Shown piece by piece: positions 1 through 8,505 of a stretch of DNA of 64,000 bases. Origin of the DNA: a virus. The notes under the pieces were generated by a model that ran no database searches, was not told where the DNA came from, and worked only from the letters and a program-made list of their open reading frames with translations. The position numbers were made by a program, and so were the translations under genes. Within the stretch, counting starts at the first letter, position 1, and each line of letters starts with the position of its first letter. Location: the IMG/VR virus record IMGVR_UViG_3300005264_000002, positions 1 to 64,000 of that record. One strand, given 5' to 3'.

Positions 1-84
1 AAAGGTGACAATGAAAGGTGGCCCAAGTTGTGTCGATTTCTGCTCTAAATATGAGATGTCGAATTACCATAAAAGGAGGAATAA

Positions 85-366
85 GTGATTAAAGCAATTA
101 AAACCTATTTAAGGTATCGTAAGATTAGAAGATTATTTATTAAGTTTCTTAAGGACAATGATATCTATTATGCTTTCCAACTAGAACTAGATGCTGATCT
201 TGAATATTTTGATTTTAATAGTTATGTAAAAGAAAAAATATCATCAGGATTAGGATATGGCCTAATCTCATCAGCTTTTTCATGGGATCTTTCTCCTCAA
301 GGGCATACTTTTTGGGATAAGTTAAATGATAAATGGCAAGACATCATTATCGGAGTCAATAAATGA
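85..366 (+). CDS. hypothetical phage protein
   Basis: 93-aa ORF, AGGAGG RBS upstream, overlaps next ORF (ATGA coupling). Confidence 0.7.
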   Translation: MIKAIKTYLRYRKIRRLFIKFLKDNDIYYAFQLELDADLEYFDFNSYVKEKISSGLGYGLISSAFSWDLSPQGHTFWDKLNDKWQDIIIGVNK

Positions 367-596
367 GTTATCTAATAACCTTTATTTCAGGACTAATTAT
401 CAGTTTTATTATCTTTTCATATACTGGTAAGCCTGAATGTCCAAAGACTTATAATCTTCGATCTGATCATATGTTTACTGGAATGCCTAAGCACCACATA
501 CAACTAATAGATTATGGTAACAGGATTGAGGCAAGTTATTTTTGTAATAATGAAAGACAGTTCTATTTGATTGATTACAAGGATGAAGAGGAATGA
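363..596 (+). CDS. hypothetical protein with N-terminal TM/signal anchor
   Basis: hydrophobic N-terminus YLITFISGLIISFIIFSY; coupled to neighbours. Confidence 0.65.
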   Translation: MSYLITFISGLIISFIIFSYTGKPECPKTYNLRSDHMFTGMPKHHIQLIDYGNRIEASYFCNNERQFYLIDYKDEEE

Positions 597-868
597 ATTA
601 CTTATTTATTGGTGGACAAGAACACAAGAAGAGAAGATATGTCCCCGTAATGAGTGGAGATCTTGAGCCTGTTCCAATATTTGAGGTCCCCATAAAAGAT
701 TGTTTGACCTCTATTTCAGGCAAACCTCCCTCTCCTCCAGATACTTGGCCAGCTAAGTTAAGATATAGAAGAGTATCTATTAAAGGCAAGAAAGAAACAT
801 TCCATATGTTTATCCTTGCCCATATGGATATTGATGAAGCATTAGAGCTATTACTTAATAAAGATTAA
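593..868 (+). CDS. hypothetical phage protein
   Basis: coupled ORF starting YLFIGG, as in many small phage proteins. Confidence 0.65.
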   Translation: MNYLFIGGQEHKKRRYVPVMSGDLEPVPIFEVPIKDCLTSISGKPPSPPDTWPAKLRYRRVSIKGKKETFHMFILAHMDIDEALELLLNKD

Positions 869-930
869 CTCTCCTATCCCCCTGCAATCATTCAAAAGTA
901 TAAGGATAATTGCTAGGGAGAAATATAAAA

Positions 931-960
931 AAAAGATATCCTTCTCAGATACACGTATAA
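931..960 (+). promoter_or_regulatory. putative middle-class promoter (AAAAGATA-N-CGTATAA)
   Basis: aaaagatatccttctcagatacacgtataa; same motif with fixed spacing recurs upstream of several genes. Confidence 0.7.
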
Positions 961-991
961 CATTCTATCAACAATTAATCAGGAGCAATAA

Positions 992-1462
992 ATGAAAGAT
1001 CAAATCCAAGAAAAACTTAATCAAATCTCTGATCTAATCATAAGAATCAATTTAGAAACAGATCTAGCTGCATGGTGCAGTGTGAATGGCCACGTTAATA
1101 CTATAAATCTATCTATATCTGAAACAAAGGATCGTTTCCAGGATAAGCTTCATAAAGCAGAATTAAGATATCAACCGTTCCTATGGGATTTCCAATCTAA
1201 AGAAGCTCAAGAAGAAATGATTAAGAAATGGTTTGAAGAGTTTAAAAATGATGCTGATCAGATAATTAAAGATCTTTCAGATACACTTGCTAAAAATTGG
1301 GAAGAAATTCACATAGTAAGTGTAAGTCTTAAGGAAACATCTTTTAGCCAGCCATTCTTATCTATAGAAGAAGCTCAAAAATATGAGAAGAAAATGAAGA
1401 GAAAGTATGGGAAAGTAACAGGGGCATTTATTAGTATCAATACAGAATCGAGGGAGAAATGA
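992..1462 (+). CDS. hypothetical protein
   Basis: 156-aa ORF, AGGAG RBS, downstream of promoter motif. Confidence 0.75.
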   Translation: MKDQIQEKLNQISDLIIRINLETDLAAWCSVNGHVNTINLSISETKDRFQDKLHKAELRYQPFLWDFQSKEAQEEMIKKWFEEFKNDADQIIKDLSDTLAKNWEEIHIVSVSLKETSFSQPFLSIEEAQKYEKKMKRKYGKVTGAFISINTESREK

Positions 1463-1644
1463 AATATATTATCCATAAAGCAGATTATAAGAATAAAACT
1501 GAGATCCCAATAGGTTTTGGTCAATATAGAAATTTTCCTGGAGTTGTTTGTGATAAAAAATATCCTTGGAATAGGAGGATGTATCGTACAACTAGAAACT
1601 GGAAAGATGTTACTTGTTTAAAATGTTTAAGTAAGAAGAGATAA
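1459..1644 (+). CDS. small Cys-containing hypothetical protein
   Basis: C...VTCLKC motif; coupled start. Confidence 0.6.
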   Translation: MKYIIHKADYKNKTEIPIGFGQYRNFPGVVCDKKYPWNRRMYRTTRNWKDVTCLKCLSKKR

Positions 1645-1648
1645 TCAT

Positions 1649-1834
1649 ATGAATGTAATACTATTAGCTAAATTCATCTACATGTTAAACATCTCTCCAT
1701 TTGAGAAGAAAGCTTTAACAGCTTGTTTAATGTACAATAGACCTAAACAGGAGATTAATATTCCTCTACTTTGTGGATGTTCTAAGACATTAGAATTAAA
1801 ATCTAAAAAGCTTCTGAATGTTTGTTCAGAATAA
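1649..1834 (+). CDS. hypothetical protein
   Basis: 61-aa ORF in operon orientation. Confidence 0.45.
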   Translation: MNVILLAKFIYMLNISPFEKKALTACLMYNRPKQEINIPLLCGCSKTLELKSKKLLNVCSE

Positions 1835-1894
1835 TTAACTGTATATATTATCCATTGGATAATTAACTGTATATATTATCCATTGGATAATTAA
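1831..1894. repeat. 28-bp tandem duplication containing TGTATATAT and a 17-bp palindrome
   Basis: ataattaactgtatatattatccattgg at 1831-1858 and 1859-1886 plus a partial third copy; dyad ATTATCCA-T-TGGATAAT at 1847-1863 and 1875-1891. Confidence 0.95.
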
Positions 1895-1918
1895 ATTAAC
1901 TTGATCTAGGAGGTCAAA

Positions 1919-2317
1919 ATGAAATCGTTTCTTTGTTTACTTTTATTGATTGGTTGCTTAACCTTTTCCTTTACTAGCTGTGATAAGAATGAAATCAAAT
2001 CAAAGCTATCAGAAAAAATCTCTCACACTGCTTCTAGAATACTCATTAATGAACTTGAATGTTCTAATGGTGATTTAGTTAGATCAGATATGAAAGCAAG
2101 AACTGATAAGCTTTTTAAAGTAGAAGCAACTAAATCTACTCTTGGGGGATCTAAAGTCCTTATCTGCAAGACTCTATCCAGTGCCATGTTGCCTGTTGTC
2201 TTAGACCTGATGAAATCAGGAAAATTATCTAATTGGGGATGTAAAGTAGAGAAAGGTGAAGCCGCTCTATTGTCCTTAATGTATAAAGGTTGTGATGGAC
2301 TTGCCAAACCTGATTAG
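1919..2317 (+). CDS. predicted lipoprotein
   Basis: MK + hydrophobic stretch + lipobox FTSC; four further Cys; AGGAGG RBS. Confidence 0.75.
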   Translation: MKSFLCLLLLIGCLTFSFTSCDKNEIKSKLSEKISHTASRILINELECSNGDLVRSDMKARTDKLFKVEATKSTLGGSKVLICKTLSSAMLPVVLDLMKSGKLSNWGCKVEKGEAALLSLMYKGCDGLAKPD

Positions 2318-2354
2318 TTACTATATAGTTTAAATTCATTCGATATAAAAGTAT

Positions 2355-2395
2355 GCCCCTCTTGACAGCTAGACCAAGCGAAGAGGGGCTTTTTA
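2355..2395 (+). terminator. Rho-independent terminator
   Basis: gcccctctt...aagaggggc followed by ttttt. Confidence 0.7.
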
Positions 2396-2401
2396 TTGCC
2401 C

Positions 2402-2434
2402 AAAAAAGATATATCTCATTCTAATCCGTATAAT
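2402..2434 (+). promoter_or_regulatory. putative middle-class promoter
   Basis: aaaaaagata...ccgtataat; AAGATA to TATAAT spacer 17 bp. Confidence 0.7.
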
Positions 2435-2472
2435 ATTCAATCAATTAATAATCTATCAATATCAAGGAGAAA

Positions 2473-3612
2473 ATGATGGAAAAGAAACGTATAGCCTTAA
2501 TTGTTGGACATACAGCGAAGAGGCCTGGAGCAACTAATTACTTAGGAGAGTCTGAGTATGCTTTTAATTCAAGGATAGCTAGAGATATGGAAGTCATGAT
2601 AGAAGCTGTATCTGAAGACTGTGTATCTAGAATCTTTTATCGAGATGGAGTTGGAAGATCAGGAGTGGCCGATAAAGTTATAGAATGGAAAGCTGATTTA
2701 TCAATTGAATTACATTTTAATTCATTCGCTCAAAAAGCTAAAGGATGTGAGATCTTAGTTTTAAGTGATGATAGAAAATCAATAGATATAGCTGATCAAA
2801 TTACAACTAAATTATCAGAAGAATTTGGAATAGTAGAAAGACATATCAATGGAGTTAAACGGTTAATAGATGGGAACAGAGGATATTATAATCTTAAGCT
2901 CCTCCAAACAATCCCCATTAATATCCTTATTGAACCTTGTTTTGCTAACATGAAGACAAAAGAATCCCAAGCAATCTTTGAGAATGAAAATAGGTATGTA
3001 GATGTATTGGCCAAAGAATTAATCATAGCTGTCAATGGAACTTTTATCCCAAGAACAAAAGAACAAGAAAAAGATAGTGATGAACCTCTAAAAGATGATC
3101 TCTTCAATTTCATGATGGAATTCTATCCAGAAATTCTTCCTAAAGGATCAGCAGGGATAATTCAATTAATCCTAGATCAAGAGAGACGAATAGAGAAACT
3201 TACTCATATCATTGATGGACAAAAAGAAGCTTGGGATGGATTTTGTGGAGAATTAACTGATGCTTTTGGAAAAGCTACAAAAAAATCAGAAGAGGCTTGG
3301 TTTAAAAAGATAGAGGATAAGGAGTTAAGATCTAAAAAATCTGGCAAGATAATGTGTCAAAAATGTGAGAGGAAGGAAGTAGATCTTGAAATTTGTCCAG
3401 TTATCAAACTGAAAGAAGATGATCCAATCTTAGTTTGTTCAGATTGTTTTGATAATCATATTGAGAGAGAAGAGGAAACAATTACAATTCCTGAGGCAAT
3501 AGCTTGCCAGGCATGTAAAAATAAAAAAGCAAATCATAAGATTATGCCAGGATTAGGAACTAAGGAAGAATCTTGGCTTTGTGAAGATTGCCTTGAAGAA
3601 CATCTAGGATAA
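2473..3612 (+). CDS. N-acetylmuramoyl-L-alanine amidase (Amidase_3) with C-terminal coiled-coil and Cys-rich extension
   Basis: IVGH...E (Zn ligands), SIELHFNS, ILIEPCF motifs; C-terminal CxxC pairs. Confidence 0.85.
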   Translation: MMEKKRIALIVGHTAKRPGATNYLGESEYAFNSRIARDMEVMIEAVSEDCVSRIFYRDGVGRSGVADKVIEWKADLSIELHFNSFAQKAKGCEILVLSDDRKSIDIADQITTKLSEEFGIVERHINGVKRLIDGNRGYYNLKLLQTIPINILIEPCFANMKTKESQAIFENENRYVDVLAKELIIAVNGTFIPRTKEQEKDSDEPLKDDLFNFMMEFYPEILPKGSAGIIQLILDQERRIEKLTHIIDGQKEAWDGFCGELTDAFGKATKKSEEAWFKKIEDKELRSKKSGKIMCQKCERKEVDLEICPVIKLKEDDPILVCSDCFDNHIEREEETITIPEAIACQACKNKKANHKIMPGLGTKEESWLCEDCLEEHLG

Positions 3613-3667
3613 TAATATCAGGGGCCTATCTATCTCTAGGATGAGCTCCTATCTTTTATTTAACAAT

Positions 3668-3698
3668 AAAAGATAAAACCTTTTCACAAACGTATAAT
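3668..3698 (+). promoter_or_regulatory. putative middle-class promoter
   Basis: aaaagataaaaccttttcacaaacgtataat. Confidence 0.7.
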
Positions 3699-3733
3699 CA
3701 TAAATAATAAAAAACTTTTCAAAAGGAAGTGAT

Positions 3734-4096
3734 ATGTTAACAACAGAAGAACTTGAACAAAAAATAGAAGATTGGCACAATAGAACATCAGTTGCCCAAA
3801 AGAATACCATAAAGACAGGGCAAATAATAACAGCAGAAGAAGCTAAAAAACTTATGAGAGACAATCAAAAAATATGTATGGAAAGTGTTAACCATATTCT
3901 CAGTTACATTGAAGGAAAGATAAAAGATTCATGTAAAAATGGAGGATGTGCGACTACATTTACCTATGATCCAGACATTAATAATGAAACTAGAGAAGAA
4001 ATTTCTACTCAATTATGCAGCTTAGGGTATAAGTGTCCTCTTAGGTCACTTACAGGAACACCGGAAACTATTCTTATCTCTTGGAAGGAGGATTAA
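3734..4096 (+). CDS. hypothetical phage protein
   Basis: 120-aa ORF ending LGY...ISW, RBS present. Confidence 0.7.
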   Translation: MLTTEELEQKIEDWHNRTSVAQKNTIKTGQIITAEEAKKLMRDNQKICMESVNHILSYIEGKIKDSCKNGGCATTFTYDPDINNETREEISTQLCSLGYKCPLRSLTGTPETILISWKED

Positions 4097-4381
4097 ATGT
4101 TTAAAGATGGAATTATTGTCCCAGATATCCCTAACAATGTTACTAGACCTCATAATCTTACTGAATTAAATTTAAATCTTACTCCAGATCAATCCAGATT
4201 ATTAAAAGCATTTATGATGGATATCAAAGGGAAGCAAGATCCTATCCTTGGATTCCTTAAGATGAAATATTGGTTCCTAAGAATATGGGAAGCTGGAGAG
4301 AGGGATGGAAATGTTGATAAAGAGTTAGTTAATCAGTGGAGAAAGAAAAAAGCAGAGATTCTAAACAAAAAGGAGAGATAG
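4097..4381 (+). CDS. hypothetical protein
   Basis: 94-aa ORF, GGAGG RBS. Confidence 0.7.
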   Translation: MFKDGIIVPDIPNNVTRPHNLTELNLNLTPDQSRLLKAFMMDIKGKQDPILGFLKMKYWFLRIWEAGERDGNVDKELVNQWRKKKAEILNKKER

Positions 4382-4385
4382 AATT

Positions 4386-4565
4386 ATGTCAAAGATAACG
4401 TGGAAAGTTGATTGTGATCAATGTAAAAAGAGGATCGCTGATAGTGAATCAGTTAAATCTTCTTCTTATGATCTTATTACTCAAGCAGGATCTTTTGATG
4501 TTCCTCTCCATTTTTGTAGCGAGAAATGCCAAAATAAATTTAACCAAAATGATGAGGAGGATTAA
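4386..4565 (+). CDS. small zinc-finger protein (CxxC...HFCSxxC), absent from ORF track
   Basis: manual translation MSKITWKVDCDQCKKR...HFCSEKCQNKF, 59 aa; fills the gap; AGGAG upstream. Confidence 0.65.
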   Translation: MSKITWKVDCDQCKKRIADSESVKSSSYDLITQAGSFDVPLHFCSEKCQNKFNQNDEED

Positions 4566-4769
4566 ATGCTTAAATATAAAATAGAAATAATTTCTCACAG
4601 TATGTCAGGATTAATCAATGATATTGAGCAAACACTTCTATCATTAAAAGCTGATCCTGAATCTATTAAAAGAATTGAATCTAAAGGGATGGAATCTATC
4701 TTTTTTACACAAAGATCTAATATCTCAATAATAGATACAGAAAAAGGAGAGATAGAATTATGTCATTAA
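4566..4769 (+). CDS. hypothetical protein
   Basis: 67 aa, GAGGAGG RBS. Confidence 0.65.
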   Translation: MLKYKIEIISHSMSGLINDIEQTLLSLKADPESIKRIESKGMESIFFTQRSNISIIDTEKGEIELCH

Positions 4770-5716
4770 CTTATAGAGATCTATTTACAGGGATAGGAGG
4801 TTTCGCTCAAGCTCTCCATGAATTAGATCCAAATGCTCAATGTTATTCAATGAGCGAAAATGATAAATGGGCCAATAAAATATTAGATAAAAGATTCCCA
4901 GGGATAGTTAACCTAGGAGATATTAATACAATCAATCCTAAAACCCTAGAACCTGTTGATTTAATTATGGGAGGATTCCCCTGTACTGATTTATCAATCC
5001 AAAGAGGCAAAGGAAGAATGGGATTAGGTGGACAAAAATCAGGACTCTTCTTTAAATTTTTAGAGATCATTAAGCAGAGCAAACCTAATTATTTCCTCAT
5101 AGAGAACGTTGCTTCTATGTCTAAGGCCAATAAAAATTTAATTACTGAAATGGTAGGGGTTGAACCAATAGAGATTAACAGTGGCCTTTTATCAGCTCAA
5201 AATAGGCGTAGATTGTATTGGTGCAATTGGGAAGTTCCTCTTCCAGAAGATAAGGGGATTACTCTAATGGATATTAAAGTGGAGGATGATTTTAAATATG
5301 CTTATGCTTGGAGTAAATCATATCGGCCAGCAGTTATTGCTTGTCCAATAACTAAAGAACTTAAACCAGCATCATTTGATGAAAGAATTAGATATGATGG
5401 GAAAGCAAATAGTTTAACTACTAGCATTAATGGAACTGAATCCCTTAACTTCTTTACTAAAGAACCATTAGATTTTAAGCCTAGGAAAGTATTCAATAGA
5501 CACGACATGTTACCCTACAATCTAGGAGTAAAAGGAGAAGATTGGAGGCCCATTAATTTAATTGAATGTGCCAGACTTCAAACTTTCCCTGATGATTGGT
5601 GTAAAGGATTATCTAACCATCAACAATATAAAAGATTTGGTAATGCTGTCACCAAAGAAGTAATTAAATATATATTAAGTTATTGTCCAGGAGTTAGAAA
5701 TGTTAGTAAAGATTAG
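4760..5716 (+). CDS. DNA (cytosine-5)-methyltransferase
   Basis: motif I LFTGIGG, IV GGFPC, VI ENV, VIII QNRRR, IX RLQTFPD, X GNAV. Confidence 0.95.
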   Translation: MSLTYRDLFTGIGGFAQALHELDPNAQCYSMSENDKWANKILDKRFPGIVNLGDINTINPKTLEPVDLIMGGFPCTDLSIQRGKGRMGLGGQKSGLFFKFLEIIKQSKPNYFLIENVASMSKANKNLITEMVGVEPIEINSGLLSAQNRRRLYWCNWEVPLPEDKGITLMDIKVEDDFKYAYAWSKSYRPAVIACPITKELKPASFDERIRYDGKANSLTTSINGTESLNFFTKEPLDFKPRKVFNRHDMLPYNLGVKGEDWRPINLIECARLQTFPDDWCKGLSNHQQYKRFGNAVTKEVIKYILSYCPGVRNVSKD

Positions 5717-5897
5717 TGAAGTCTGTGGAAATTGTAACTGTCAAGATCGAGGAAACATTATTGATGTAGCAATGAATCCTTTAAGCGAGGAAGCTGCTTA
5801 TTATGATTGCGATGGGATAATGTGGCATTTGTACAGTGGAGATTTTGAGCCTCTAAATATATATAAATCAGCAGAAACAATTGGACAAAGTTTTTAA
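5700..5897 (+). CDS. hypothetical protein
   Basis: 65 aa, overlaps MTase end. Confidence 0.55.
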   Translation: MLVKISEVCGNCNCQDRGNIIDVAMNPLSEEAAYYDCDGIMWHLYSGDFEPLNIYKSAETIGQSF

Positions 5898-5921
5898 CCA
5901 ATAATCACAAAGGAGGAAATT

Positions 5922-6236
5922 GTGGAAACAACAAAAAATGTAGAGTATGCAGTAGTATTAATTAAGTCATTAAATGACACTAGACCAACAAAACTGGAAA
6001 ACATTGCAGTGGCCAAAGGATTATCAATGGCCTTCATGGAACAAGTCGCAAGAAAGTTAAGGCAAGCTGGAATAATAGCATCCTTCAGAGGTCCAGGAGG
6101 AGGATATGTCATTTGTGATAGGAAGATAACCTTTTATGATATTGAAAGAGTTATGCATGAAGAAAGGGAGATCTCTCCAGTTATTAAACCTTACATGGAT
6201 CAAGTTAATAGCGTCTTAAAATCTATAGAGATATAG
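5922..6236 (+). CDS. Rrf2-family winged-helix transcription regulator
   Basis: IA...LS..FMEQVARKLRQAGIIASFRGPGGGY signature; AAGGAGGA RBS. Confidence 0.9.
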   Translation: METTKNVEYAVVLIKSLNDTRPTKLENIAVAKGLSMAFMEQVARKLRQAGIIASFRGPGGGYVICDRKITFYDIERVMHEEREISPVIKPYMDQVNSVLKSIEI

Positions 6237-6245
6237 GAGTTAGAA

Positions 6246-6467
6246 GTGGAACAAATTAAAGAAAAGTGTTCATCATGTAAATTCTATAAGATTAGAGGAA
6301 TGGGGGGAGTTTGTAGGTTTAATCCCCCTACTCCTCCTTTAGATCCAAACAAAGCTGTGATAGGAGAGTTTGTCAAAGTTTGTAATAATGATTGGTGCGG
6401 GCAATATAAAAGAAGACCAATCTCAAAGACATTACCTAAACAAGCACCAAGTTTTAATATAGATTAG
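6246..6467 (+). CDS. Cys-rich hypothetical protein
   Basis: CSSC...CRFNPP...DWCGQY pattern typical of small phage proteins. Confidence 0.7.
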   Translation: MEQIKEKCSSCKFYKIRGMGGVCRFNPPTPPLDPNKAVIGEFVKVCNNDWCGQYKRRPISKTLPKQAPSFNID

Positions 6468-6473
6468 GGGGGA

Positions 6474-6719
6474 ATGGTGAGATCTAAAATGTGTAAAGCA
6501 TGTTTTATCGTTAAGAATGTTAATCAATTCTATGAAGGTAGGGCAATTTGTAAAGATTGCAAAAGCTCAGATAATGCTAACTATGAGATAAATAAGAACG
6601 CAGAAAAAAATCCTAAAAATTATATGGTATGCAATGGTTGTGATCGTACCTTTCGCAAGTATAAAGATAATAGGAAAGAATGTAAATTTTGTGGTAGTAA
6701 TGATGTCGAATCGTATTAG
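6474..6719 (+). CDS. zinc-finger protein
   Basis: four CxxC pairs. Confidence 0.7.
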   Translation: MVRSKMCKACFIVKNVNQFYEGRAICKDCKSSDNANYEINKNAEKNPKNYMVCNGCDRTFRKYKDNRKECKFCGSNDVESY

Positions 6720-6728
6720 GAGGAATTA

Positions 6729-7055
6729 ATGAAAGGATCTGAGTTTGTTGAGTTTCATGCTCAAACTGTTAAGAAGATGAATGAAATCTGTAAAGCTAAA
6801 AATCAAGATTATTCTGGAGGAGGAGATTCTTCAGCGTTTAATAATTTTATGGTTGTTGAGCATAAAGGAGTTTGTTCTACTGAAGCTGGATTTTTAGTTA
6901 GAATGGAGGATAAGATGATGAGGATTAACAATCTTATCAAGAATAAGACAGCGGCCGTTAAAGATGAATCTATTGAGGATACATTAATGGACTTGGCCAA
7001 CTACTCTATTTTAATGATGGGATACTTAAAGTCTAAAAGAGAAGGTAAGCTGTGA
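6729..7055 (+). CDS. DUF1599 / nucleotide-modification associated domain 1 protein
   Basis: KNQDY...FNNF...RMEDKMMRI...ESIEDTLMDLANY signature. Confidence 0.85.
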   Translation: MKGSEFVEFHAQTVKKMNEICKAKNQDYSGGGDSSAFNNFMVVEHKGVCSTEAGFLVRMEDKMMRINNLIKNKTAAVKDESIEDTLMDLANYSILMMGYLKSKREGKL

Positions 7056-7231
7056 ATGTTAAAGTAACTAAAGGAAAACATCCTGGGACTGCTTCAATTT
7101 GGGAAGTTGACGAGAATGGAGAAACGATTAATGATTATCCCCTGATTTCTTTTGGGAAAAAGAAGTTTGAGGCAATTATGAAATCAATTACTGAACTAAA
7201 AAAGATATTTGGAGAATGTGATGAAAACTAA
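7052..7231 (+). CDS. small hypothetical protein, absent from ORF track
   Basis: GTG start overlapping previous stop; ...YPLISFGKKKFEAI...; 59 aa. Confidence 0.55.
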   Translation: MNVKVTKGKHPGTASIWEVDENGETINDYPLISFGKKKFEAIMKSITELKKIFGECDEN

Positions 7232-7439
7232 AGGAATAAAAGGATTGCATCAGATAGCTAAAAGTAGAGCTGCAGGGCTATCAATGCCAGATACAACTGC
7301 ACTAGGAGAGGATATTAAAATTGTCCTTTCACTTGATCCTTTGGCCGATAAAGTTAATGTTAGGGAGCTCTTAAAAGTTATTGAAGAGCAAAAGATAATT
7401 ACTGAAGCTGATGTAATTATGTATAAGGGATTAGAATAA
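7221..7439 (+). CDS. hypothetical protein
   Basis: ATG at 7221 with GGAG upstream (track start 7209). Confidence 0.6.
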   Translation: MKTKGIKGLHQIAKSRAAGLSMPDTTALGEDIKIVLSLDPLADKVNVRELLKVIEEQKIITEADVIMYKGLE

Positions 7440-7466
7440 AAATAATCAAATAAAAGTGTTTTTCTT

Positions 7467-7528
7467 GTTGACATATGTTTTAAACGGATATACCTTTAAT
7501 ACATAAACTTAACAAGGGAAACACAATG
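7467..7528 (+). promoter_or_regulatory. host sigma70-type early promoter + RBS, copy 1
   Basis: TTGACA (7468) -17 bp- TACCTT; near-identical to 8306-8367. Confidence 0.8.
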
Positions 7529-7756
7529 TCTAGTAAAACTCAAAAAATTAAAGATCTAATCAATCAAGATGGTGGAAAAGTATCTCAAGTTAATCTCTTT
7601 GGTGATGTTCTTATTATTAGAGCTTCAATGGATTCAAGAGATCAACTAGAAAGATTCCTTAAAGTTGGATTAAAAAACAATCTGTTAATCAATGGTGAGA
7701 TAGAAGAATTGAGAGGAAAGCTAGTTCTTAGCTCTCTTATCGTGGCACAGGAGTAA
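7526..7756 (+). CDS. early hypothetical protein
   Basis: first ORF after sigma70 promoter. Confidence 0.7.
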   Translation: MSSKTQKIKDLINQDGGKVSQVNLFGDVLIIRASMDSRDQLERFLKVGLKNNLLINGEIEELRGKLVLSSLIVAQE

Positions 7757-7781
7757 ATCATGCAAAGGAAAATAGAAGGGA

Positions 7782-8078
7782 ATGGAAATGGAAACAGCAA
7801 AAGTAATTCTTCATCAATTAGGTGGTAATAAATTTATTGCAATGACAGGGGCCAAACATTTAGTAGCTACTGAAAGAGGTCTTCAATTTAGAATAGGAAG
7901 AAACACTTCAACTGCTAATAGCATTACAATTGATTTAAATAATACTGATACCTATACAGTTAAGTTTTGGAACATCAGAGGGGCAAAGATACATCTATTA
8001 GAAGAATATAATATGGTCCATGCTGATTCTCTTCAGGAACTATTTACATCTTATACAGGTTTAGCAACTCATTTCTAG
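7782..8078 (+). CDS. conserved phage hypothetical protein
   Basis: QLGGNKFIAMTGAK...DTYTVKF...LFTSYTGL pattern, which I recall from diverse phage early genes. Confidence 0.75.
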   Translation: MEMETAKVILHQLGGNKFIAMTGAKHLVATERGLQFRIGRNTSTANSITIDLNNTDTYTVKFWNIRGAKIHLLEEYNMVHADSLQELFTSYTGLATHF

Positions 8079-8087
8079 GAGGAAATT

Positions 8088-8303
8088 GTGAAAGTAAAAA
8101 CAAAAGTATTAAAAGAGATTAAGAACGATGATGATTATTGTGATGTCTGGAAAGAAGTCAACAAATTAGATGGGAGAGCAGAGGCATTAATACAAGTCAG
8201 TAATATGGAAATTCATGATCCTTTAAAAGAAGCAAAGAGAGCAGATAAGAGAAGAAACAAATTAATAGATTTAATGGAAAAATATCAAAAAAAGATTAAT
8301 TAA
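8088..8303 (+). CDS. hypothetical protein
   Basis: GTG start, AGGAGG RBS. Confidence 0.65.
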   Translation: MKVKTKVLKEIKNDDDYCDVWKEVNKLDGRAEALIQVSNMEIHDPLKEAKRADKRRNKLIDLMEKYQKKIN

Positions 8304-8305
8304 TA

Positions 8306-8367
8306 GTTGACATACCTTTTAAAGGGATATATCTTTAATACATAAGCTTAACAAAGGAAACGAAATG
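8306..8367 (+). promoter_or_regulatory. host sigma70-type early promoter + RBS, copy 2
   Basis: TTGACA (8307) -17 bp- TATCTT; repeat of 7467-7528. Confidence 0.8.
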
Positions 8368-8505
8368 ATCTTAGAACTAACACCAGCACAAATCAAAGAA
8401 ACTCAAGAAAGATTTGCAATGGCTGCTAAAGCAAATGCAGAAGAATATGAAACTGAAATTGTAGTTGATTGGATAGATGATTCTGTTCAAAGAGTGAGGA
8501 AATAA
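8365..8505 (+). CDS. 46-aa early protein, absent from ORF track
   Basis: MILELTPAQIKETQERF...; directly after promoter/RBS copy 2, stop overlaps next start. Confidence 0.65.
   Translation: MILELTPAQIKETQERFAMAAKANAEEYETEIVVDWIDDSVQRVRK

Noticed and set aside
1831-1894. TTATCCA dyads as DnaA boxes/origin, or a mini-CRISPR
   Set aside because: Only 7/9 match to TTATCCACA, no spacer between units, and the context is a gene promoter
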